Below, piece after piece: positions 12,276-26,610 of a stretch of 64,000 bases of DNA (positions are counted from its first letter, which is position 1; the number at the start of each line of letters is the position of its first letter). The notes under the pieces were generated by a model. That model did no database searches. It was given only the letters and a program-made list of their open reading frames with translations, and was not told the DNA's origin. Source of the stretch: Mytilus trossulus (lineage: Eukaryota). The translations under genes and the position numbers were made by a program. The stretch spans positions 25,668,001-25,732,000 of the forward strand of contig NC_086374.1 in assembly GCF_036588685.1 (NCBI RefSeq). Direction: 5' to 3'.

Positions 12276-13293
12276 ATTATGAATAAGGGAGATAACTCCA
12301 ATTGATGTAATAAAAATTGTTCTGAAATTTATTAGGACAATATCAGCCAATCAAATTGCGATAAATAAATGTAAATCGCTTATCATTCTCTGTTATCACC
12401 AGTGTTTTCAGATATCATGCGCTTCAAAGATTTATAAATATCGGTATCATTAGCTAGTCAATTTTTATCAAAAAATTTGTCTTAAAATCGTAAAAATACT
12501 ATTTTATATTCTTTTAATTTTAAATCTCATCACCTGACTTGATTATTTGGGTCTTAAAAATGTAATAAAACAGCTCTACACTTGAAGAACTACATAGAAC
12601 GTAAAACCTCATACAATTAAGATTTGAATTTAATTGAATTTAATAGAACTTGTTAGACGCCTTTATTCCAGACGACGTACTTTGTCTTAAACATATATAG
12701 TTATTAAAGGTACCAGGATTTTAGTTTAATACGCCTGACGCGCGTTTCGTCTACATAAGACTCATCAGTGACGCTAATATCAACAAATTTATAAAGCCAA
12801 GCAAGAAAAAATTTGCAGAGAATTGAGGATAATATATTTGTTCAAATTTTAACTTCCGCGGAGTTCAGTATTTTTGTTATTTAACTTTATACTAAATTGC
12901 TTCATTTTGTGATATCATGTACCATGTGTGTGATTAGTAGTTTCAATAATGTTAACATGTTCGATGATCATCGCCACCAAAAAGTCAATATTTTAAAAAA
13001 GCTACATTATTTCATGTACCTTTTATATGTTAACATTATTTTGTAATTCTATCAAGAATGTTGCAACCGTCTAAATGAATGACGGCTATTAATGTTTTAT
13101 ACCTTATTTTGATAAGTTGATCATTATGTATCCCAATCAGCTGTCCTGACATTATGCTCTGATTTTTTTTCTGATGAAAGTAAAAAAAGAAACTATATTT
13201 GCAGATACTAAATACAAGATTAATGAATTCAGTGCTGTTGCGGCGTATATTTAAAAATGGTTCAAGCAAAATTAGGACTACAAAATTAACACT

Positions 13294-13877
13294 GCGGTAG
13301 GGTGCATTAAGGCCTGGTTTTGGCCCAAGAAAATAAAATGTGTGATAACTATTTCAAATTGGCACATAATGTTTTGAAAAGCATAGGATCAAGAAATATA
13401 AATGAAAAACATAAAGATTTTTATCAAATGACGTCTCAATTACGCCATAATATGCACTATTTTCACAAAAACGCTGAAAATACAGAAATTATGCAGTTTT
13501 CTATCTTTATTTCCATTAAGGAAACATCGTGCACAGCCAAGAAACAACAAAATAACTTAACAGAAACTTTATTATAATTATTGACATAATTATAACAAAT
13601 ATAAAGTTATTTCTTGGGTGCGCACATACTTTTTCTAAATCCAAATCTAAAATATACTTAAAATTTGATGAAAAACGAGGAAAATCACAAAATTTTAGAA
13701 AATATACAAATTAAGTCATGATTTGTTGCCATGGTAACTTGTTCAATGACAAATTTGTTTTGTTTTTCTGAATATCTTGTACCTTAGTCAAGTTTTTAGT
13801 AATTTAAAAATATATATGATAACTTTTAAATTTGCATTAACTTTTGGGCCAAATAAGTGCCTTATTGCCCCTACTCC
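13294..13877. mobile_element. Degenerate MITE with ~35-bp imperfect TIRs
   Basis: Left end gcggtagggtgcattaaggcctggttttggcccaa versus the reverse complement of the right end ggagtaggggcaataaggcacttatttggcccaa; AT-rich non-coding interior. Confidence 0.55.
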
Positions 13878-15254
13878 AAAGAAATATTACGAAATTTGAC
13901 AAAATCGTCTGATAGGTTAACGTTATGTTGGTGGGAGTTCAAATATAATTCAGCAGATTAACTGAGGGCGGGAAATCACAATGACAGAATATAAAATGTA
14001 TTAATTCTTCCATTGTTTTTTTTCGTATGCTTTCAGAACTACAAAATCGGAAAAAGAAACAAATTGTTATTAAAGTCATAAAAAAATATATTAGGAAACT
14101 AACTTGCCATTTTTGGAAGTTGATGTAATTTTATTTATAATGAAAACATCATGGATATCTTAGCTACTTGTGCACTTTTTAATCATATCTTATATTTTAC
14201 AAAACATTTTATTTTATCAAGCGTAATTTTTTAAATGAATGCCCACTTTTTAATAATTTGTGGTTCGAGCCCTTTCATCCTATATCTAGCTTTTGTCCGA
14301 ACTTTGATAATTTATATTCATCTCCTAAGTTCATATAGGTAATCTTTTATTATATTCTATTCTATTTTATTTTATTCTTTAGACGCCTACACAACATGAT
14401 ATTTTATACCAGATTTAAATTTTGTTGAGTTGATTTAACAAAAGAACGAAATGTCCTACTTTTGTTTACTTGAAAAGTTATTTTCGTTTTAAAACTACAA
14501 ATTAAAACATCGCAATTGTGGTTCTATGAACATAAAGATGTATCAATTCAATGACTTTCAACGACACCATGTGATAAAAACCAAGGACAAAGACCAAATT
14601 AAAGGCGGAGATACGTTATGGACTGGAACGTTATTCCGTAAAATTAAATGTACTTTTGAAAAGATAATTCATCCTTTCAAGTATCCTCAAATCCAGTCAA
14701 ATGCGGATTTATAGAAAAGTAATTTATTTTTAGTCAAAGAAATTACACAAAAAGTTATTATCACAAAAATAAGATGAACAATCAAAATGTAGGTTTATGA
14801 GAAGATTATAAACTATATTATAGATAATGTATATATCTTGTTTCACATCACATCATATAAAAATTGTGATTGTATTCCAATTTATATTTATTGAAATTTG
14901 ATCAATGGAGTTTTTTTTATTATTTTTTTTTTATTGTCTCAATGCAGTTGTCATATTTACATTTAAGTAAGTTTTGTTCATAAAACAACTGGACAGAGAT
15001 GCAATGGTGAACACATACACTTAGTATAAGGTTTATTGGAAATATAAATTACTGGGACTGAATAAGATTAACAACGTAACAACCAAAGAAAGACAAGTCT
15101 ACTAAATAAGTGACATGGAACGACAAATTTCAGAAGTTATCACAGTCATTCAGGCCAAGCTAGGTTCAAACTTGAACATCTATTTTAGAGATCAAGATCA
15201 ACATGTGTTAAAGATAATTTTTGATTGTTTTTGGTTAATTTTCAAAATCCCGGT

Positions 15255-18200
15255 TCATTGAAAGAATAAATGACCTCTGAGACAGTCAACAAACATTGTA
15301 ACGGATCCTAAATCACCAGGTCTAAGTTCTGACTTCTTTTCTGCCAATTCTCTATTCATGTCTTCAAGAATTGCAACCAAATCGCACCTAAAATATAATA
15401 TAATTCATCAACAAGGATATAAATATAACAAGTAAAGTTTACCCAACATTTGCTTTTTTTACACACACACCTCTTATTTTTTATTTTCTTATGTATTACA
15501 TAACGTGCAAAGACTGTACAGAATATTGCAGTTATTGTCAAAACGTATTTTATTTTAACGCCTTAAAATGAGTGCTTGTATACAATAACTAACCATGTGA
15601 TTATGGATTTCCGAATTGATTTTCCTCTAAGTTCAGTATTTTTGTGATTTTACTTTTTTCTGTATCTAGATGTACATGTACACATAACAAAGGCAATTGC
15701 ACGAGTACTTGTGTATATTATGGTAACAGTAGTTTGCCGATGCAAAAATCTAACACCACAAAGGACGAGAACAGGTGCTTTGTTCTGAAAAGCCATGCAA
15801 ATATACTTCCAGTCAAAATTTCGCACTCGGGGAAACGGCACAATCGGTCAAATTACAGATAAGACGAATATTCTTATAAACATTGTCCAAGCTTGAATAC
15901 TATTTATTGCACTAGTAGGAGAGTGCAATTAATAGTCTACTACAAGATATTAATGTAGAGATTTTCAGAAAGGTTTATGGTAAATGAAAGGTTAGATTGC
16001 TACATCTGTTTCATAATTAAGAATATGCCAAACCGTTTTCGTCAAAAATATATGAATTAAATTCAATAAAAATCAAACAAACAATCAAACAAACAAACAA
16101 ACAAACAAACAAACAAACCACACGCACACACACATCGCAAAATAACACATTTCTTATTGAGGTCAATAAAAAAAAACACCCCAAAACACACGCTTAAATA
16201 TTTGAAAATAAAAAATTCAAAAATGATAATTAAAAACTGGTTTCACACTGAGAATTTAAAATCGCACACATAAAACCATGGGAAATAAATCTGTCAACGA
16301 GGTCATATTTGTAGATCTTTGTACCTTTGTCCATAGGTACTCAATCATACCACACTTGATATATCGTTTGGTTTGAAAAGGTATAACTTTTGTTTTGCTT
16401 TAGTATTTTATAATAGATTAACATTGATATGTCGACATAAAAGGCTAAACCATAAAATGTTGACGTTTTTGTATTTTATGAAATCGTGTCACCTCACGAT
16501 AGACAACATTTCACTACGAAATACTATCTTTGACAATATTTCACTTTGAAATACTGTAAATGACAATATTTAACAGTGAAATTCTCTTCATTCCAATATT
16601 TATAAGCTCTTATAAACTTCGTACTTTATTTTGCCTTTTTAACATTTTGGATTCGAGCGTCCTTGATGGGTCTTTTGTAGACGAAACGCGCATCTGGCGT
16701 ACATACAAAGTTTAATCCTGGTATTTTTAATGTTTTTTAATGTGAAATACTGTCCAAGAAAATATTTCTCAATCTAATTATATCTTCCTGAGAAATCATC
16801 TGCCATAAAAATTGTGAGCGTGTCTGGATCAAATTCTTTTTTTGATGAAAGAACCAATAAGAATTTCTGCATATATTCATTACATATGAGAGAAAGGGAG
16901 GGGACTGGATCGTTATTCTTGGTATCAAAGATGTTCACTGCTATACCAACTCAGAATATCTTATAAACGTTCCAATTCCTTTATTTTACAAAGCATTACG
17001 AGTTATTAATCATAATTATCTTTTACTTATTCGTGTCACAGACCATAGCATTGAATGTTAGTAACCATTAACTTACGCTTTGTATTTGTCACTGAGATGT
17101 TTATACAGTGAGTAGAGATAATATGATCCAGTCTTTTCTCCGTCTTTAGGGTTGTATGCTAGATTTCCCGGCAGTGTCGAAAAACCATAAAGAAAGTCTG
17201 TATCATTTATAAGGGGCTGCAATGTTTTTTGCATCTTATCTGAAATATAAACAGGCTAGTCGTTGTGCATTGCAAGCAAGGGTGTCGTCATATTCTTAGA
17301 AATGTGGTAAACAAATATGCAAAGACTGGATGTCAAGTTCTGTGTTACAAGGGATTTCAAAATATTGAAGGAAACCGTAAAAGACAAAAGCTAGCACACA
17401 ATTAACCATAAACATTTTCATATAAAAAACAAGAGTTAGTTCATTGAGGGCTGTCATAATCAGGTATGTCATCAACGGTATGTACATCTTATTTGGTATA
17501 AGACACTGATCGTATGTATTGTCCAGTAATCAAAGCCAGCAACGGGCCTTATTCCAGACGAGGAAATAAGGTAAATATGTGGAGGACTCTTACCACGTAA
17601 TGATATAATCAGCTTGTGATGGTGACTATAAAACTAAAATTTAAATCCTGTCAAGTAGTTCTGCCAAGAAAACAATCGCTCTTGATACAAGCTTTCATTC
17701 TATTGCACAACAAAAGGAAAGTCCCTGTTTGGAAACTGAATTCCTGTATGTAATACGTTTTCATTTTCTTTCTTACTTCTTTATGATCAATTAATGATAC
17801 CCAAATACGAGCATTTGAATTAGTGTCGCGCCATTTGGAATATATTGAGGAAAACTGTGATCATTTTTAGCAGAATTGATCAGAATTCCATTACTAGAGA
17901 CTTATGTTATTATGTTTTTAAGAGACGGGTTATCATTTTCATAGAAAAAGCAATGCACAATAAGTAAACATTTGTTGAAAGACTCATACTGAATTATCAA
18001 TTTATTAGTACAACATATTCAAAAAGCTTTACTGTACATGATATTTATATGCTTCACAAAGTACAGAATAGATATCTCTCAAAAATTAGCATGTGTAGTG
18101 TGAAGTACCTTCAGTTTCTATGTTGCATGCTTGAAACAAAAATATCTTCGGTTTTCCATCTAGATCTGGACATGCATCCACAGTGAATCTTTTTAACTGG

Positions 18201-21200
18201 GGACCTAACATGAGATCATACCCATCACTGCCGTAAACTTTATTGGCTGTCCCGTGACTGGAAATAATACAAACAAAACAGTCGAATTTCTTGTGATCAG
18301 CTTCTGCCATAGCTTTCATTTCACGCTCTATCTCCCATTTCTTCAAATTATCCTTCCTAAGTACTTTATAACCAATCGTTGACATAAGCCCCTCTAGTCG
18401 TTCTGAAACACAAATACTATTTTGTATGATGCATATCAACAAAACGTGTTGGCAAACAAACCGAACATTTAAGAGAGCTTTCTGTCAAATGACCTTCACA
18501 AAGTGTGGACTGGTATTGTGGTATAAAATATATGAAAATCAAAACCCATAACTCGAAAGCAAATTAAAATCAAAATGACGGCATAATATAGTCAACTATA
18601 CATAATGGCATATGACCCTGCCAAGAATAAATCCTTCTGTTTATAGAGGACTGCTGATTTAAATTGCAAAGATAGTGGTGTATCTGAAATTATAAAACGT
18701 AATTCTACTTCTACTAAAAATAACCCACACCTATACTATCCAAACATTTACATGCAAAGTTAAATAATGATCTAATGAAATTACAGTACACCTTTTCTAT
18801 AAGTTATGTCTATTCAATGTGTACTTTAATTTTCTTAGCACATTCAATGTTTCTACATGTTTGTGATATCTTGGACATTAATATACTCGTTGGCTTGAGC
18901 AAAAGATCTTAAAATAAATATGTTAGATAGAGATCAACAGTAGATTTTCAATGTATGCAAAAGTGTATATTTGTTTAATTGTACTCCACGACAAGCGTAA
19001 ATACTTACTTGCATCACCTTCCACACCTGGTCTGTTGGGCAACTTTTTACTGATTGGACATCCCGGTACTTGATAAAATTCACTGTTGGTTATCAATAAG
19101 CAGTAACCTAAAATTTTCAAATTGATAATACTTATTTTTCCATTGGAATCTTCGTAATTTGACACCCTTTCTTACAAATATTATTGAAACCATCATTTTC
19201 AGACACTTTTTTTTTTAACTAAAACTATTGAAATCGTTAACATTAGTTAGTGTTTTGAATATTACCTTAGAACACATCATTATCGGACAGTTTTAAGGCA
19301 AATACCATTGGAACAATCATTAAAAGGCATAGTTTTCACAAATTCATTTGAAACCGTTATTATCAGACAGTTGTTTTACAAAAATATTTGTCACCATCAT
19401 TATCCGGCAATGTTGTGACAAATGCAATAGGAACCAACATTATCACACTGCTTTGGTAAACACCATAGTGAACTTCATAATCAGGCAGTATTTTGACACG
19501 TATTATTGGAATCATAAAAACAAGGCAGTGTTGTGACGTATACCATTACGATTATTATTTTTAGACAGGGGGTTGACATATTCATATCAACATCGTAGAA
19601 TCTATTCTCAAATCCTCTAGTATAAATACTGACTTACCAACAGGTTTAACAGTCAGCCTGTACTGAAATCCATCGGTATAGTCTTGGTATTGTCTAACAG
19701 TCATGTCAATCTCTATTCTTGAGAATTGCCCATCTTCCAACGTATTCAACTTCCTGAACAAATCTGACAAAAAACCAAGTGTGGCGGAATATTTCTGGTC
19801 TGTTTTCAGCTGTTCTATCAGAGTTAACACACCACGAGCATCTTTTAAAGGCAGCACTGTTGTTCCCAGATGGAGCTCTACGACTTGTGCAGTTTTTGTT
19901 TCCTTTTTCTTGTTTTTACCTTAATATATGAGTTATTTGATTTGACAAAGGTATTATATAACTTTTTTCAACTATTAGAAGAAAGTGAAAAATTTACACA
20001 TGTAATGACGAACTACAATTGGGCACGATAAATGTGTTTTAATCGTAATTTCAGATGTTCTGTCATCCTTTTAAAAAATTGGGAAATCTCATAAAAATCA
20101 CAAATTTGAAATTTGAAAAAAACGCATGAATATATAAATTATTCCATATCACATTTCAAAACTAGTTTAAAACTGACTTGAAAGTTTAAAAAAACGTTCA
20201 TTTATAAATAGAATTAGACATACACTTTAAGTACTTGGATTGCGGTTTGAAGGATAATTTAAAGAAATGGGAGATAGAGCGTGATGGAGAAATGTCTTAT
20301 TTGCATTCCTGCAAGCCACATCTTTTTATATCTATTATATCATAACTACATCTCAGTTTTAAGTCTTCTCTAAACATTCAATGTTATCTGAGAGGTATCA
20401 GGCACATAAAGACGCAAAACAGAAATCCGGTCAAATATCCTTGCATCTCTGCATCTTGAAAGTATTTTATAACTGATCGCATAGTTGTCCTTTTTCTGCA
20501 AAATTTTTATGATGTGTTTGTCTTATTAAATAGTCGACTGACTATACTCTTTAAAAAGAACTCTTTTATTGTTATTTAAGCGTATCAAAGTTATCAAATT
20601 AATGTTTTGGGGTGAAAAAAAAAATCTTTAGGTGTAATAGTTTAAGAACGTGCTTTAATGATCCGTTTTTGGTTGCCAGTTTTATCTTTTTTGATTATCA
20701 ACACTACATTTCTACACAATTCTGTCAACTAGAACATGTTAAATTAACCTTATTATTGCAACTATTATTTGCTTCAACTCACATTCATTCAGCTTTTCAT
20801 TATGAAATTAAAAATATAGCTTTGCTATATATAGTAACTGTGATAAAACTATAAGAACTGTTAGTATTCTCCTTGACAATATCAGTGTACGTTTCGGCAA
20901 TTTACTTTATTAATAGGTTGTAGGTATTCCTATGAGAAGTATTTTTGCTCCTTCGATAGCAGATTTTTACCTACCTGTCTTGTCATTGATCATAGTGTAT
21001 TTATCTTGCTCATAAAAAATCTAACATGAGCAGTAATGATGATCCATGATTATACGTTTCTACGATTTGAATATTTCATTTCCCATGTTGTAATCCATGA
21101 AACTTACTAAACTGTGTTCGTTTTGACTTATTGTTGAACATGTTGAATGACACATGGCAACCTGTATATGTTCACATCATTATCCATTGATATTTTGCGG

Positions 21201-24200
21201 AGATTTGTATCTATGTTAATCATACAGCATCTTATTTTCATAATTTACTTTCAGCTTTCAATAAAATATCTTAGGTATATTTTCAATATTTGATAGTGCT
21301 TTTTTATTTAAAAAATATGCAAAAGAAAGATCGCACTCCAAACATGCATGTGGACAACACACATTCAAATAAAAGATGAGAAATAAAAATGATCAGACAT
21401 TTTTCACTAATGTCTAATTATACATATAAACATAATGGAAGCTGTTTTATACGACAAACATTTTCAGATTTGAGATTTACAAAATCAGCAGACAATGTTT
21501 TGTATACAATAAACACACGATGCACCAATATGCAACATTACATGTGATACACAAATATTTAACAATACTTGCATAAAACGTACGAACATTCCACAAGAAC
21601 AAGTATAGCATCAAGTTACAAACATAAAAATATTAAAAAATAACTTGTTTTGTTGTTGATGTACAGATATATCTCAATTTACTTAGAATTACTTGTCATT
21701 TCCAAATCATCTAAATAATAAAAAAATTCTTCACATCAAATTGTAGTACAGACACATAAACATGGCTACCCGAGGTCGTTGAATTTTTATTTTTTAATTT
21801 TTTTTCCCTATGCAGTCATACCTTTTCCAAAAAAAAAATATATTTTCAATCGCCATAGTAATGATGATTTGAAAACGTTATACAACTCATTTCGAACTTT
21901 TTCTCTTACGTACATGACGAAAACTAGTTGTCTAAAACTACATATGTTGTCTGGAATAGATAATTTTTCTATTCGACCAAATTGGAAAAAAACATGACAT
22001 GCAATTATGTATTCTCAAAAAATATTTACATCTTTCCAAATTAAACATAAATGATAAATGGGAGACTCTCTTCAAAGAACGAATTTTTAATAGATAAGAA
22101 GCAAATAATATTTGGAGTGAACGTCAATCAAACAGAACATGAACGACACAAAACACATTCCAAATCACAAGGAACCTAGTAGAAATGTGGGTATCATAAA
22201 GAAGAAGTGTGGAATACAAAATAAGTTTACATTAAGATTTATTGGAAATCCAACAAACTTATTCCTGTAAGTGGTAAATGGACTAACTAATGTATCGTAT
22301 TGAGTAGAATTAAGAATGGAAATGGGGAACGTGTCAAAGAGACAACAACTCGACCACAGAAAAAAAAGATAGGTTTTGTTCACGCATCGTTGTCTACATA
22401 ATAGAATTAGATGCGACTTTCATATAAGTGAGAGAGCTTCATCTAGCTATACAACCAGTCTCAATCCGCTATTTTCTACATAAGAAATGCCTGTACCAAG
22501 TCAGGAATATGACAGTTGTTCTCCATTCGTTTGATGTACTGAAGCTTTTAATTTTGCCATTTAAATGGGGACTTTCCGTTTTGAATTTTCATCGGAGCTC
22601 AGTATTTTTGTGATTATAATTTTTATAAAAATGCCTGTCATTCAAATAGTCTGAACACAGAGCGACTTAACCTTGTAAGAAATTGTTAGTTCTAACCGAT
22701 TTTAACGGTTCAACCCTCAATTTTTCTTATAATGTCTTGTCCAAGTCAGGAATATGGCAGTTGTTATCCAACAGTGTATGTTGCATTGCCGTTTATTTTG
22801 TTGCACTTCAGTGTTCTGTTGTTTCGTTTTTTCCTCTTATAGTTGATGTGTTTCCCTCGGTTTTAGTATGAAACCTGGATTTGTTTTCTCTACTTCGATT
22901 TAAGACGTTTGAACAGCGGTATATACAAGTCTACTGTTTCCTCGATTTAAAATGGGTGTAAATATATCTCCTGCATAAAACCGGGTTCATAATTACCAAT
23001 GTAAAGGTTTTAATATGGTTACAGAGTGACACTTAGTATAGTTAGGCACATATCAAAGTATATGGTATAGGGGTTTATAATTTTCTTGTTAAATAATGTG
23101 GTATGTTATAAAATATTGGTAATACTATCGACAGTCGGAACCTTTAGTTAAAGAAGAAGAGCGTGTATTCTCGGTGCAACCAACTGCTAAGATTATTGTA
23201 TCGTCCTAATTATCACTTATTCAGTATTTAATTGTATAAACTCTGTGTGCGACTCTTTATTAATAAAATTCACGGTACCAATTTTCTTGCACCAGATGCG
23301 CATTTCGACAATACATGTCTCTTCAGTGATGCTCGTGGCCAAAATATTTGAAATCCAAAGATTATATAAAAGATGAAGAGTTTATTAAGGTATACCATCA
23401 ACAACAAACAAGTTTCTTGCCATTAACCATACCGAATAGAACGGAATCATATACTTCCATGAGAAATTCTGATGGAAAGAAAGCACAAAAGATACTGAGA
23501 TGTTATAATATTCATTTATCATTTCATTCAATAATTTATAGTGGTGTACTCTTTGGTCGAGCGAAAAGCTTTTTTGCAAATGACAAAAACACATCAATCT
23601 TTAAACAAAGGAAAATGGTTCATGCATTTTTATCTTAAGTGCTATGCAATTAAAAAAACAATGTTCTGAAATCAAGGGGATTATTTCACCACCTAGTAAA
23701 AATAAGTGGAATATACTATGAACTCTTGTTCTTTAAAATTTTGAAAAAATACGGATGGAAAAATTTCTATCTGGCATATGACAAAAAGAATTTACAAAAT
23801 ACAATACGTACCTAATTGGTTGGCAGATGGGTTGGCCAGTTTCTTCCGTCTCTGGTCCGTCTTTACATTTGTATCCTATATATGTTAGTATTGAATTATA
23901 ATTTTTCATTTGTAATAAATTAAAGCATCCGATCAAGTATATGTACATTATGCTTTGTTGTGATTAATTTTGCCATCCCCAATAATACACTTGCATTGTC
24001 TTGATATAGCGGTACTCTATAAGGTAATTTATGCTGGTCTTTGTTGTTTTTTTAAAGTCTAATATGGAGGTTTGGTATATTTTATAGCTAGTAACCTCTG
24101 GGTTCGTGGTTTCTATTTAGCGAACCAACTATTATCCATTGTATCCATATGAAATGACTGTAAGAAGGCAAATTTTTTTAGTCATTCACAAATTGTTTTG

Positions 24201-24550
24201 TTTGTATGTATGCTCGATTGTTTCTGGAAGTTTCGGGTTTAATAGAAATAAAGATAACTGTATCAAATGAATATATTCTTTCCTCCATGACGATGGTAAA
24301 AACAAAACAATCAATAAATAAGAACTTACTCAAAGTTACATTGCCAATTAGTTAGCTTCTATAATTGTGTACACACAGGAAGATTGAAACATGAGCAACA
24401 AAACATATCATCAAAATTATAGACTCCATTTCTGTTTTATTTTATCAAACTGTCTTATTTAATCTTATAAAATCTCCATATTACATAAAAAAAGAAATTT
24501 GTAAGACTTACCTCTCGGGTCGAATCATTTTTCTGTTGCGACGGTTTCAT
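15255..24550 (-). CDS. Caspase-like gene B, complete (~363 aa): unknown prodomain + p20 (SHG / QACNI) + p10
   Basis: Predicted exons (minus): 24550-24512 (MKPSQQKNDSTRE), 23875-23812, optional 18-nt microexon 21710-21693, 19919-19638, 19107-19009 (GYCLLITNSEF..LPNRPGVEGDA), 18402-18109 (FDCFVCIISSHG..YGSDG..LDGKPKIFLFQACNI), 17239-17077 (DFLYGFSTLPGNLAY..GSYYLYSL) and 15387-15255 (..DCLRGHLFFQ*). All are GT-AG and phase-consistent; total 1092 nt. The first three exons are less certain. Confidence 0.85.
16073..16118. repeat. (AAAC)n microsatellite
   Basis: caaacaaacaatcaaacaaacaaac... directly visible. Confidence 0.9.
19170..19580. repeat. Degenerate ~38-40-bp minisatellite (about 10 copies) filling a gene B intron
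   Basis: Recurrent unit approximating caaata.cattggaaccatcattatcagacagtgttttga. Confidence 0.65.
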
Positions 24551-25736
24551 CTTGTTTTTCGAAGGATTAATCCAAGTCTGTGTGCAATAACTTACTTAAT
24601 GAAAAATGCATAAGTCGCCAAAGAATATAATTAACAAAAGAGTTTATCGTTGTCATGTTCTGTTTCAAATGTTTGCTTTTGTCTATTTAGCTTATACATA
24701 ATTAACCTAAAAGTTAATTGATAAGTAGTATTCCCGTGGATAACACAGACCGATTCTATTTGTACAACTTAATATTGTATGAAATCTTCAAGGCGGGACG
24801 TTAATATATTGGTCCCAAGTGTGTAACTATAAGCGTTTTCAAAATATCCTTTGACATCAACATTTTGATTTTCCAATACAAAAATTGATCTTTTGGATAA
24901 ATGTGTAAAAAAAAAAGTAAAATAGGTATGACAGACTTATCAAATATATCATAGATAAATACATTCGTATAATGTTCGCTGCTATCGGAAAAGATGGAGT
25001 TAAGTTTTGATATTGATATAAATGATATCTTTATGGCATCATTATTTGAGCGGTGGATATCAGAGTACTCAACACTTACTCCTCCCACGCATGTTATAAA
25101 ACGTATTCAGGTAACGAGTGAAACTATTTTTCTTAGTTAAGATAAATTATATAAAGGTCTCAACATGCAGCTTTCATATACATTTGAGAAAAGGGACTTT
25201 GGGGAGACAGTAGCCCATTACGATTATCTAATAAAAAGGCTTCTAGAGATTTTTATAAATAAGTCTGCTTCTGTATAATGTGACACGCTTCGTGACCTCT
25301 AGATACAATAAATTTCTGTTATTACTTAAGTTTATATGATACGATCTTGTTTTAATGATTCGAAGTTATTAATCTTTAACAGATACTCTCTCCGTCACAA
25401 GTAACTTCTATATTTGTAAATAATTTATAAGTCAAAAACAAATTAAAAGCAAAACCATATCAGTCATTATTCGTTTTGTAATCAATATATTAGTCGCGGA
25501 AGACTAGGTGACATGGAAATGATAAAATCAAAAATGTGTTTGTAAAATTGAGAAAGGTCAGCGATTCTAGAATATTTAGTGCAGAATTTATATTAGTTTG
25601 ATGCTTGTTTATCAGAAGCTTGTTGTAGAAAAGCTGTTTTAAATAGATAGAATTAATCAAATTTGTCAACAGATTTTTAATCATTTGAACATTTATTTCT
25701 AGTTTCTATGATGTCAGTTTAAAGCTTAATGTATTA

Positions 25737-25960
25737 AGGGGGTCTCATTGGGAGGTTCTAATCCCGGAACCCGCTTACTCTTTTGTCAGATCCCCGTATC
25801 CCGCTTACACTATGTACGTAAGCAATTATCATTTTTTTGTAATTTCCCGTGTCCCGCTAGATTTCATTTCCCGTTTTCCCGGCACAATAGTTTTACTTTC
25901 ACGTGTCATGCTTACAAAACATCGGCAATCCCGCGTCACACTAAGACCGCAATGATACCA
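25737..25960. mobile_element. Small GC-richer MITE-like element with internal ttcccg/atcccg repeats
   Basis: Degenerate inverted ends ggtctcattg / caatgatacc and repeated tcccg motifs. Confidence 0.4.
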
Positions 25961-26279
25961 ACTATTGATTAAAACAAATTTATAATAAAACAGTAGGAAT
26001 AAAAGCCCTTTTGATTACAAGGCTGCTTATTATCAAGAGTACGTAAACATAGGCTAACCCTAGAAACAACATCAAATATATTTGGTTGTAAAAAAGGATT
26101 TAAAGTATTTTAATATAAATCACTCAAATAATTGAAAGATTAACTGATTGAAAGATTAACTGAGTTTTTTAAGTATAAAAAAAGAAACAAATAGACAAAC
26201 GACAATCTACAAAACATTACACAGAAATCTGAAAATGATCACAAAACTCCGCTAGACAGCCGAACTGAATTAATGTAAA

Positions 26280-26610
26280 AAAGAAGATGTAGTATGATTG
26301 TCAATGAGACAATTGTCCACAAGAGACCAAAATGACACAGACATTAACAACTTAAGGTCACCGTACGGCCTTCAACAAAAAGCAAAGCCCATGTCGCATA
26401 GTCGGCTGTAAATGGCTCCGATATGACAATGTAAAACAATTCAAACGAGAAAAACTAACGGCCATATTTATATAAAAAAAAAGAACAAAAAACAAATATG
26501 TAACACATAAACAAACGACAACCACTGAATTACAGGCTCCTGGCTTGGGACAGGCACATACATGAATAATGTGGCGGGGATGAAAAAGTTAGCGGGATCC
26601 CAACCCTCAC
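26280..26610 (+). repeat. Interspersed repeat family R2
   Basis: aagaagatgt.gtatgattg.caatgagacaa.tgtccacaagagaccaaaatgacacagacattaacaac..caccgtacggccttcaacaa recurs at ~26835-27080, ~37020-37138, ~5590-5790, ~38675-38830 and ~48445-48540. Boundaries approximate. Confidence 0.8.

Noticed and set aside
24801-25684. ORFs 24801..25088 and 25490..25684 as the missing p10 exons of gene C
   Set aside because: They contain no caspase small-subunit motifs and no convincing splice sites.
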